Source: Candidatus Bathyarchaeia archaeon
Lineage (GTDB): Archaea; Thermoproteota; Bathyarchaeia; Bathyarchaeales; Bathycorpusculaceae
Direction: 5' to 3'
NCBI GenBank assembly: GCA_038883855.1
Contig: JAVZLH010000016.1
Span: 1-22,870 of the forward strand
Length of the DNA stretch: 22,870 nt
Made by a program: the position numbers and the translations under genes. A model generated the notes under the pieces. That model was not told the origin of the DNA. It made no database searches and saw only the letters and a program-made list of their open reading frames with translations. Numbering within the stretch: position 1 is the stretch's first letter; every line of letters begins with the position of its first letter. This document shows positions 8,355 to 16,244 of the stretch, piece by piece.

Positions 8355-9551
8355 TTAAATCACTCCTTTAGGAATCCAAGGTCTTTGTCCAGCTATGACG
8401 CTTCCGGTACATGCGTCAACTATCACGGAAAATGATTTGCCGCCCATTCTATATTCTATAAACCACCAAGGCGCATACACCAGTTCAGTTTCTTCCATGG
8501 GATAAGCTTCAACATTAAACCGTGAAACAAAAGTGTATCTTGACCTTAACTCTTGCAGAGCCAGTCCTTTTGCTTTTTCCTTAGCCTCTTGAGAGCTTAT
8601 TTCAACGTTAAGCGTTTCTTCTTCTGTTTTCTTGAACGGTTCTTTCCTATCAAGAGGGTTTTTGTAAGCGCCAACATCGGGTTGATATTGGGCTGCTTTA
8701 CGTGCCACAACAAAAACGTCCATTGCTTCACTGACGGCAACTCTTTCCTTTCTATCCGCTAAAGCCTTTCCCGCTCCCTTTCCAACTCCGCCGAAAATGC
8801 TTCCCAAGGCTCCTCCTAAGGCCTGCATTGCAACTTCTTGGGCAATCTGTCCCTTTGCATCTTTCGTTTTTACCAGTGCCTTTTTGCCTTCAAGGTCTCC
8901 TTCAAGTTGAACGGTTACAGCCCAATTTGGAACATATCTGAGAATTATGGCGCCCCATTCAGCGCGTTCAGCCATGCCTCTAGTGACAAGGATTCCTTTT
9001 GCAGCGTGGGTTTTTGCTGTTTCCAACGCTTGAGAACCAGTAAGTAGGATTGGTAGCATGCTGCATCTTGGAGGCTGTTCGCCAGTTGTGTTGTTAACGT
9101 ATCCGCAGTAGTTGCATATTACCAGAATTTCCTCTGGATTATATGTTAAAGGAGCACCGCAGTGAATGCATGCCTCAAGTTTAGGTTTCGGCGTTGGCGG
9201 CGGTTGCGGTTGAACTGGGGTTGGTGCAGCAGTTGACGCCGTTGGCAAAACTGCTCCTAAGCTCTTAGCCATTTCTATGGCTTCTTGTTTCTTTTGCTCC
9301 TTCCATCCAATTAAATTGCTTGGGTTATCGCATGAGTTTGCAAGAGCCTGTTCCACAACATCCATTAAATCGGCTGGCCCATCAACTTCGACATATACAT
9401 CTTCTGGTACTCCTCTAACCTTAACCATTGCCTTGTCAAAAAATCCTTTTTTCAGTTCAAGCATGAAGCTTTTTTCGCCTGAAATAACCTTCTTTGTGCT
9501 CCACCCGATTTGCTTAAGGTATTCTGGCAAAACCTGTTGAAAGTTTCCCAT
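8355..9551 (-). CDS. YdjG-like zinc-ribbon protein with extra N-terminal domain and Gly-rich insert
   Basis: CIHCGAPL...CNYCG; YVPNW; YAPWWFIEY..G.....VDACTG.V..G.RP C-terminus similar to B. subtilis YdjG; Pro-rich linker. Likely start MGNFQQ (9551); the ORF track gives 9587. Confidence 0.75.
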   Translation of the reverse strand: MGNFQQVLPEYLKQIGWSTKKVISGEKSFMLELKKGFFDKAMVKVRGVPEDVYVEVDGPADLMDVVEQALANSCDNPSNLIGWKEQKKQEAIEMAKSLGAVLPTASTAAPTPVQPQPPPTPKPKLEACIHCGAPLTYNPEEILVICNYCGYVNNTTGEQPPRCSMLPILLTGSQALETAKTHAAKGILVTRGMAERAEWGAIILRYVPNWAVTVQLEGDLEGKKALVKTKDAKGQIAQEVAMQALGGALGSIFGGVGKGAGKALADRKERVAVSEAMDVFVVARKAAQYQPDVGAYKNPLDRKEPFKKTEEETLNVEISSQEAKEKAKGLALQELRSRYTFVSRFNVEAYPMEETELVYAPWWFIEYRMGGKSFSVIVDACTGSVIAGQRPWIPKGVI

Positions 9552-9583
9552 TTTTGCTCCTATTTGGCGGTAACAGGCTGAGG

Positions 9584-10120
9584 TCATCCTCCCAATCCTC
9601 TAAGAATCTCCGACCTCTTATCCACAAGTCCATCAAGCTCTTCAACCTTTGATATTAACTCGTCCATCGCTGTTCTCCACTCGTCTTTTCCGGGTTCAAG
9701 TTCGTTTACCCTTTCAACGTTGGTTTTTATGGCTTCGGCTTTTTCTATTAGGCTTAAGTCATAGTCAATAACTGTGTCAAGCTTGTCTTCCTTAACCTTA
9801 ATAGCGTCGAACATTTCAGCATACCCAGCGACTGCCCTGTCTATGCGTTGGGTGACTCTGTCGATTCTGGCTGTAAGCGTGTCAAACATAAAAGTGTCTT
9901 CGCTTGAAAGCTTCTGAACAAGTAGGGGATTTGCAAATTTCCTTCTAAAAGCGGTTTTCGCAGCCTTAAGCCTATTCACAACTTCCATCCTAACAAGACG
10001 GTCGCTTTCTCTTCTAAGCTCCTTCTCTTTGTAGCCTCTATATCTAGGGATGTAACTCATTATTTTCTCGAGAAGACTTCGTTCTTTTCGAACTTTTTCC
10101 AAGTAGTCTTTTTCACTCAT
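9584..10120 (-). CDS. Conserved all-alpha/coiled-coil hypothetical protein (178 aa)
   Basis: MSEKDYLEKVR...IPRYRGYKEKELRRESDRLVR...AGYAEMFDAIKV...YDLSL. Its ATG overlaps the upstream TAA (TAATG at 10118-10122), so the 10330 extension in the ORF track is spurious. Confidence 0.8.
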   Translation of the reverse strand: MSEKDYLEKVRKERSLLEKIMSYIPRYRGYKEKELRRESDRLVRMEVVNRLKAAKTAFRRKFANPLLVQKLSSEDTFMFDTLTARIDRVTQRIDRAVAGYAEMFDAIKVKEDKLDTVIDYDLSLIEKAEAIKTNVERVNELEPGKDEWRTAMDELISKVEELDGLVDKRSEILRGLGG

Positions 10121-10458
10121 TATTTGCTCCTCCAGTATGCGACTATGCCTATAACTGCAATAGCAATTAAAAGTATGCCTAAAACAACGAATATGCTTAA
10201 CACGCTGTAGAAGGCTGAAGCTATTGCAATGGTGAGCATTATGATGCCCCAAACCAAGTGGTACGTTATTTCTTTTGAGGCTGTAAATGAAAAGATTATG
10301 GTGTAAACTCCGAGAGGACCGAATAGCCAAGCGAGAATGTTGAATATATTAAGGGGAATTATGTTTGCGCCGTAGATCACCGCTGCTAATCCTGTTGAGA
10401 TGACGAGAATAACGATGGCGCCTATATTGTAATCGAATACTTTACTTTCTGCGTCCAT
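10120..10458 (-). CDS. Small four-TM membrane protein
   Basis: Four hydrophobic segments; translationally coupled to the next gene. Start MDAESK at 10458 (or 10470). Confidence 0.8.
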   Translation of the reverse strand: MDAESKVFDYNIGAIVILVISTGLAAVIYGANIIPLNIFNILAWLFGPLGVYTIIFSFTASKEITYHLVWGIIMLTIAIASAFYSVLSIFVVLGILLIAIAVIGIVAYWRSK

Positions 10459-10499
10459 CTTATTCCTCACGATATGCTTAACCTATTATTTGTGATGGA

Positions 10500-10515
10500 T
10501 TCATTTAAAGTTTCG
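10500..10515 (-). promoter_or_regulatory. BRE/TATA-like promoter (GAAAC-TTTAAAT) for the 4TM-helical-YdjG-SPFH genes
   Basis: Minus strand reads cgaaactttaaatga, about 45-50 nt upstream of the 4TM start. Confidence 0.45.
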
Positions 10516-11267
10516 TCACAATATTCCAAAACCAGCAGCGGGTATGTCGCCTTTGATGACGGTCCCTTCTGCTCCGTCTATTATTAATTGGTAAGTCTTA
10601 CTCTTATATTCACATTTTATAAACCATATGGGTGCATGTAAGTAAACCGCTTGACTAACAATTATTTCCTTTTTGATTTCAATTACCTTGTCCACATCTT
10701 GCTGAGCCAAATATTTATGGTGTTCTTCAATTTCTTCTTTTGCCCGTTCCAAAGCTTCGTCTCTGTCTATTTCGCTGTTTAGCGTCTTAGCGTAGTCTTC
10801 AATTTTTCTAAAGTCATATGGGACTTTGCCTCTAAAGGCACATCATATTCTCTTGTTGGGAACTCGGTTGCTTTTCTCGCCAAAATCAGCCAATTGTATT
10901 TTTTCTTTATCAACCCTTCTTTAACGACGGCTGGGGTTATGCGTTCAAAAATTCCTTTGTAGGTTGTTTCCGCTTCCGCTGTTACAATCCAAAAAGGTAC
11001 GTAAATCAGAAATTTTTCAATAATTTTTGATTTTTTGGCAAGGTCTGGAGGCTTTAGAAAACCCGATTGCATCCAGCTTTTTGCAAGTTCTTCAATCTGC
11101 GTTGGGTCATATTTGTTCAGTAGCATGGAGTGCTCGAAGGTGAAGGCTTTTCCAGTTTCTATTACGGTTGTGTAACCGCAGTATTTGCATGTTGCCACCA
11201 TCTCTCCGGGTTCAAAAGGCAATGGTGCTCCGCAATGTGAACATTTTATTTCGTGCACTATCGCCAT
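10516..11267 (-). pseudogene. YdjG-like zinc-ribbon protein split by a single-base frameshift (about 250 aa if restored)
   Basis: ORFs 10779..11267 and 10516..10752 join if one G is restored in GAG-G(G)C at about 10829-10830, giving EYDVPLEGKVPYDFRKIEDYAKTLNSEIDRDEALERAKEE. The joined protein is collinear with paralogue 8355..9551. Confidence 0.85.
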
Positions 11268-11273
11268 TTGCCC

Positions 11274-12656
11274 TTACCCTTTGTTTTTCTCCCTTCTTAT
11301 GATTTCCCGTGCAACAATAAGCCCTGAAGCCGATGCTTGTATTAATCCTCTGGTTACTCCAGCGCCGTCGCCTATGGTAAACAAATTGTGTATTTTTGTT
11401 TCGAGGTTGTTGCTTAACTGAAGCCTCGAAGAGTAAAATTTCACTTCAATGCCATAAAGAAGTGTGTCTCTCGAATTTATACCAGGCGCAATTTTATCAA
11501 GCGCTTCGAGCATTTCTCTTATGTCAGCCAGATAGCGATAAGGCAAAACGAAGCTTAAGTCGCCTGGAGTTGCGTTTTTTAGGGTTGGCTTGACTACGCT
11601 GCGGGCTATTCGCTCTGGGGTTGACCTTCGCCCAGACTGTAAATCGCCTAAGCGCTGTATCATTACGCCTCCGCTTAATAGGTTCGAGAGCCTGGCGAGG
11701 TATTTTCCATAAGCTATGGGTTCTTTGAAAGGTTCGGTGAAGGATGTGCTTACGAGAATGGCGAAGTTTGTGTTTTCTGTTTTTCTCTCCGCGTAGCTTT
11801 GACCATTAACTGTTAAAACTCCATTGTATGATTCAGTTATTACCTCACCGTAAGGCGCAACGCAGAAGGTGCGAACTTGGTCGTCGAAGGACTTTGAGTA
11901 ATAAATAAATTTAGGCTCGTAAAGTGTGCTTGTCAGTTCTTCCATTACTGAAGCCAAAACCTCAACTCTGATTCCCACATCAACGGGGTTGTTAAGCGTC
12001 TTTAATCCTAAAGCTTGGGCTTCGGTTTGAAGCCACTCAGCACCGCTTCTTCCAGGCGCAACAATGACATATTTTCCAAAGAATTTCTCGCCGTTTACAG
12101 TTTCAACACCTTCAATGGTGTCACCTTTCACTATAAGACCTTTTATGTCAGTTTTCGGTCTAAAATCAACTTTGCCGTTTAATTCTTGCCGCATTTTTTT
12201 AAGGGTTTGAGCACATCTTTCTGTGCCCATGTGGCGGATTTTTTGGCGGATAAGCTTTAACCCTGCCAAAGAAGCCTTTCGTTCGATTTCGTCAATTTTT
12301 TCAAGGTCTTCGCCGTAAGAGTGTTCAGTTGCTCCAAACTTCAGATAGATTTCATCAACATGTTTCACAAGCTTTTCAAGCTCTTCTTGAGAAACATACT
12401 GGTTAAGCCAGCCGCCCACCTCCGTGGACAATGTAAGTTTTCCGTCGCTGAATGCTCCCGCCCCACCCCAACCGCTGAGGAGCAAGCACGGTTCGCAGTT
12501 GACGCATTCGAATCCTCGGCTAGCTGGGCATTTACGTTGGTGAATGTCTGGTCCCCTGTCAAGCATGAGAACGCTAAGTTTGGTTTTCTCCGTAATTTCA
12601 AGCGCCGAAAATATTCCTGCGGGTCCCGCACCGACAATTATCACATCATACTTCAA
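11274..12656 (-). CDS. NAD(P)/FAD-dependent oxidoreductase (COG2509-type uncharacterised FAD-dependent dehydrogenase)
   Basis: YDVIIVGAGPAG Rossmann motif, Cys cluster, GWGGAGAFSDGKL, VRTFC..PYG.V, EVKFYS and GDGAGVTRG. Confidence 0.9.
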   Translation of the reverse strand: MKYDVIIVGAGPAGIFSALEITEKTKLSVLMLDRGPDIHQRKCPASRGFECVNCEPCLLLSGWGGAGAFSDGKLTLSTEVGGWLNQYVSQEELEKLVKHVDEIYLKFGATEHSYGEDLEKIDEIERKASLAGLKLIRQKIRHMGTERCAQTLKKMRQELNGKVDFRPKTDIKGLIVKGDTIEGVETVNGEKFFGKYVIVAPGRSGAEWLQTEAQALGLKTLNNPVDVGIRVEVLASVMEELTSTLYEPKFIYYSKSFDDQVRTFCVAPYGEVITESYNGVLTVNGQSYAERKTENTNFAILVSTSFTEPFKEPIAYGKYLARLSNLLSGGVMIQRLGDLQSGRRSTPERIARSVVKPTLKNATPGDLSFVLPYRYLADIREMLEALDKIAPGINSRDTLLYGIEVKFYSSRLQLSNNLETKIHNLFTIGDGAGVTRGLIQASASGLIVAREIIRREKNKG

Positions 12657-12751
12657 AGTATCTAACCCTCTTGAAACCCAAAACTACATGTAGCAACTAG
12701 CATATATTTTTAGCGAGTAAGTGGATGTTCATCAAAAAGCTTTGAGCATCT

Positions 12752-13093
12752 TCACTTTTTGTGAGGAACAAGGCATAGGAACTTCAAAGGCTTTTTGCCG
12801 TTGTTTTTAAACTGGTGCTGTTCATTCGGAGGAACAAAAACGACGTCGCCAGCACCTATTTTATTCTCTCCCTTCTCACTTACAACGATTCCTTCTCCTT
12901 CAAGGATAAATACTTCATGCTCCCAAGCATGCGAATGCAGCGGACTGTAACCTCCAGGTTCCACCTCAAAAAGTCTCATGGCAAAGTTTGGCGCTCCTAA
13001 ATCTTTTGTTATGAGCCATCGCACTTTAACTTTTGAAGCTCCCTCTTCTTCCGCTTCTTCCGCTTTAACTTTGCTGTAATGAAAAACCTTCAA
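12752..13093 (-). CDS. Cupin domain protein
   Basis: NFAMRLF.VEPGG.SP.HSH.WEHE.FIL.GEG...VFVPPNEQHQF metal-binding cupin motifs. Confidence 0.92.
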   Translation of the reverse strand: MKVFHYSKVKAEEAEEEGASKVKVRWLITKDLGAPNFAMRLFEVEPGGYSPLHSHAWEHEVFILEGEGIVVSEKGENKIGAGDVVFVPPNEQHQFKNNGKKPLKFLCLVPHKK

Positions 13094-13185
13094 CTTGTCA
13101 CCCTTCTAGCTTACAATGTTACGCCTAATATCATTTATCTTTTATGTTTCCTTGGTTTTCAACTTTACTGTTTACTTTGAAAATT

Positions 13186-13199
13186 AGTTCAAACAAAAA
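13186..13199 (+). repeat. 14-bp direct repeat copy 1 (AGTTCAAACAAAAA)
   Basis: Identical to 15942-15955. Confidence 0.7.
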
Positions 13200-13376
13200 C
13201 ACCTAAGTAAAGACCCTAAAGGCGATTTCAAGAACTTCCTAAAACATCGGTATTTTCTTTGCTGTGCCATTTGGAATTAAAATGCACTCTTTGAGCTTAG
13301 CCCCAGCGTTTGGCAACAGTACCTTCATTCCTTTTTTAGATTGCTTTAAAGCATCTTGAATTTAGTTTTCTAACAT

Positions 13377-13391
13377 GGAAAAACTTATTAA
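13377..13391 (+). promoter_or_regulatory. BRE/TATA (GGAAAAAC-TTATTAA) for acs-satP, probably leaderless
   Basis: TTATTAA at 13385-13391 ends about 24 nt before the ATG at 13415, with no Shine-Dalgarno. Confidence 0.55.
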
Positions 13392-13414
13392 TTGAAAATG
13401 AAATTTTTCGGGTC

Positions 13415-15349
13415 ATGTTTGCTTTCAAAGCTCCAGAGAGATATTACGAACTTTGGAGGCGCTCAATAGAAGAACCGGCAGATTTTTGGAATGAGCATGC
13501 TGAAAAGGCCATGGGTGACATTTACTGGTTCAAGAAATGGGATAAAACCTTTGAGTGGTCTTATCCTTCTTTTAAATGGTACGTCGGTGGACTAACAAAC
13601 GCCAGTTATAACTGCGTAGATTATAAAGTTTCTAGATATCATGATAAGGTAGCCTATATTCATGAAGCACCAGAACTAGGGATTTCGCGGAAAATAACCT
13701 ACGGCGAACTATATAAAAAGGTAAAGAGGTGGTCTGCTGCACTTAGAAACTTAGGCGTCCAAAAAGGCGATCGCATACTGCTCTATATTCCCAACAGCAT
13801 AGAGGCTATAACCATGATACATGCCGCTTGTAGAATAGGTGCAATACCTTGCGCTGTCTTCGCAGGTTTTTCGCCAGGAGCTGTGGCTGACCGCATGGAA
13901 TTGACTAGGCCAAAAGTAATAATGACCCAAGATATTACTGTCAGAAGGGGAAAGGAGATAAGGCTGAAGGAAATGTTGTACGAGGCCTTTAAATTATGTC
14001 CTTCTGAAATAGTTAAGCAAATAGAACACGTTATAATTAACCGCGTAAGTGATACGGAACTTACTCTTACTAAAAATGATAGTTTACTTGAGGAGTTTGA
14101 AGAAGAAGGAGAGTGGGGTGATGAAGGGTACATCCCTCTCGAAGCAAATGAACCGTTGTTCATACTGTGCACTTCAGGTACAACGGCAAAACCGAAACCA
14201 ACGGTTCACGTTCATGGGGGTTTCCAAATCTGGACTTATTGGACCGCAAAATGGGTTTATGGTCTTAATCCACAAGATGTCTTATTCAATACAACCGACA
14301 TAGGTTGGATCGTCGGTCATAGTTATATAACGTTTGCGCCCTTGCTTACAGGGTGCACCGCCATCATCTATGAAGGGGTCCCTGACTATCCTAAACCTGA
14401 TCAATGGTGGGAAGTAATGGAAAAGCACAAGGCGACCATAGCTTGGATTTCGCCAACTGGTGTCAGAATACTGCGCAAGCTAGGAATAGAGCATGCGGAA
14501 AGACATGATCTCAACTCGTTACAGAGAATAGTTTGCGCTGGAGAGGTTCTTAATCCAGAAGTTTTATTCTGGATTCGTGATGAAGTTTTTAAAGGAAGGA
14601 TACCGGTTATCGACCACATGTGGCAGACAGAAGTTGCTGGTGCGATGTTCGGTTATCCTTATGGAGTCGAATTACCCGAGATAAGACCTGGGTCGGCAGG
14701 TTTTCCAATGCCTGGTGTGATTCCGGAAATATTTGATGAAATCAGAGGTGAACCTTGCAAACCTGGAGAAAAAGGCATACTTTTACTTAAAAAACCGGTT
14801 CCAGGCATGACGCCAATGCTATGGAATGATCCTGAGAGATATCAAAGGGAGTATTGGGAACATACTTTCCTCACCAGTGGTAGATATTATACAGGTGATT
14901 CTGCGTATTTTGATGACGATGGGTACATATGGTTCTGCGGAAGAGCCGATGAAGTGATAAAGATATCCGGGCATAGGATAGGTACGATAGAAATAGAAAA
15001 TGCAATTATATCGCATCCAGCTGTTGCAGAAGCAGGTGTTTGCGGTGTTCCAGATGAACTTAGAGGGGAAGTTGCAGCTGCTTTTGTTGTGCTCAAGCCG
15101 GGCCATCAGCCTTCAGAGGAATTGAAGAACGAAATAATCCAGCATGTTAGGAAAACTTTCGGCCCTCTTGTTGTTTTCAAAGGGATAGAGTTTGTTAACA
15201 TGCTTCCAAAAACAAAGAGCGGTAAGATAATGAGGAGAGTCATGAAAAAACTTTGGACAGGAGAAACGTTAGGTGACCTTTCCACATTGGAAGCCGAGGC
15301 CTCTGTTGATGAAATTAAGGAAGCTGTGTCAAAACTCAAGCGTATTTAA
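13415..15349 (+). CDS. acs: AMP-forming acetate/propionate--CoA ligase (Acs/PrpE family)
   Basis: W.VGG.TN.SYNCVD, TSGTTAKPK P-loop, DIGWIVGHSY, WQTE, YYTGD, GRADEVIKISGHRIG and LPKTKSGKIMRR. Confidence 0.9.
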   Translation: MFAFKAPERYYELWRRSIEEPADFWNEHAEKAMGDIYWFKKWDKTFEWSYPSFKWYVGGLTNASYNCVDYKVSRYHDKVAYIHEAPELGISRKITYGELYKKVKRWSAALRNLGVQKGDRILLYIPNSIEAITMIHAACRIGAIPCAVFAGFSPGAVADRMELTRPKVIMTQDITVRRGKEIRLKEMLYEAFKLCPSEIVKQIEHVIINRVSDTELTLTKNDSLLEEFEEEGEWGDEGYIPLEANEPLFILCTSGTTAKPKPTVHVHGGFQIWTYWTAKWVYGLNPQDVLFNTTDIGWIVGHSYITFAPLLTGCTAIIYEGVPDYPKPDQWWEVMEKHKATIAWISPTGVRILRKLGIEHAERHDLNSLQRIVCAGEVLNPEVLFWIRDEVFKGRIPVIDHMWQTEVAGAMFGYPYGVELPEIRPGSAGFPMPGVIPEIFDEIRGEPCKPGEKGILLLKKPVPGMTPMLWNDPERYQREYWEHTFLTSGRYYTGDSAYFDDDGYIWFCGRADEVIKISGHRIGTIEIENAIISHPAVAEAGVCGVPDELRGEVAAAFVVLKPGHQPSEELKNEIIQHVRKTFGPLVVFKGIEFVNMLPKTKSGKIMRRVMKKLWTGETLGDLSTLEAEASVDEIKEAVSKLKRI

Positions 15350-15364
15350 CAGGAGAGTTTGAAT

Positions 15365-15937
15365 ATGACCGAAAAAATAGCAAACCCTGCAGCTTTAGGC
15401 CTAGCTTGTTTTGCGCTAACGACATTTCTGTTAAGTGTACTTAATGCTGGTCTTGCCTCAAAAGAGCTCCTAGGCCTTATTGTGTCATGTGCATTAATTT
15501 ACGGGGGGATGGTGCAAATAATTGCTGGTGTGCTGGATACCAGAGTTGGGTCAACATTTGGCGGAACGGCTTTTAGTTCTTATGGAGGTTTTTGGATATG
15601 TTTAGGGTTGGCCTTTCTTTTGGAATTCTTGGGAGTTTGGGTTCTAACGCAAGATGCTATTGGTATATTTCTCTTGGCATGGACGTTATTCACGTTTTAC
15701 ATGTGGGTAGGATCTTTCAGGCTTAACTGGGCGCTGGCATCGACATTTACATTGTTACTGGTGACTTTCATATTGTTAGATATAGGACACTTGGCTAACG
15801 TATCTACAGCTAATGTTGCTGGAGGCTACGTTGGAATAATATGCGCCTTTAATGCATGGTACGTTTCTGCAGCCATAATACTGAACGAGTTATTTAAAAA
15901 AGAAGTATTGCCACTTAGCCACAGTAAAAGAAATTAA
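15365..15937 (+). CDS. satP: Acetate/short-chain carboxylate uptake transporter, Gpr1/Fun34/YaaH (SatP/AceP) family
   Basis: ANPAALGL signature, YGG..Q..AG, TFGGTAFSSYGGFW, about 6 TM helices, AGGAG RBS at 15351-15355. Confidence 0.93.
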   Translation: MTEKIANPAALGLACFALTTFLLSVLNAGLASKELLGLIVSCALIYGGMVQIIAGVLDTRVGSTFGGTAFSSYGGFWICLGLAFLLEFLGVWVLTQDAIGIFLLAWTLFTFYMWVGSFRLNWALASTFTLLLVTFILLDIGHLANVSTANVAGGYVGIICAFNAWYVSAAIILNELFKKEVLPLSHSKRN

Positions 15938-15941
15938 TTCA

Positions 15942-15955
15942 AGTTCAAACAAAAA
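15942..15955 (+). repeat. 14-bp direct repeat copy 2 (AGTTCAAACAAAAA)
   Basis: Identical to 13186-13199; begins 5 nt after the end of the satP stop codon. Confidence 0.7.
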
Positions 15956-16097
15956 GCTTTAAAAAGGACGTGATAAAACCGTCCAACACACCCAATGGAA
16001 AACCTCAAACCCTCAAATTCTCGCCATCATCCAAAGCAAACCCCACACAAACTTTTAAAACACACACAGCAATAAAACACGTCTTTAGCGCAGCTTC

Positions 16098-16154
16098 AAA
16101 AACTTAACTATGGTTGTAGTCGCATCATTGTTCTATTAGCGACGTTAAGTTTTT
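16098..16154. repeat. Inverted repeat / hairpin between convergent satP and uxaA-like genes
   Basis: AAAAACTTAAC (16098-16108) pairs with GTTAAGTTTTT (16144-16154); inner GTCGC/GCGAC (16119-16123, 16139-16143). Confidence 0.55.
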
Positions 16155-16244
16155 ACAACTAAATTTGAAATATGTTATTTAGACAACAAAACTCATCCCC
16201 TAATTAAAATACGTATAAATTTTGCTTAGAACCACGAGCTGATT

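Noticed and set aside
10121-10330. N-terminal extension of ORF 9584..10330
   Set aside because: It overlaps the 4TM gene in another frame. The real start is the coupled ATG at 10120.
13200-13370. Short minus-strand frame (IQDALKQSKKGMKVLLPNAGAKLKEC...)
   Set aside because: Short, with no recognisable family.
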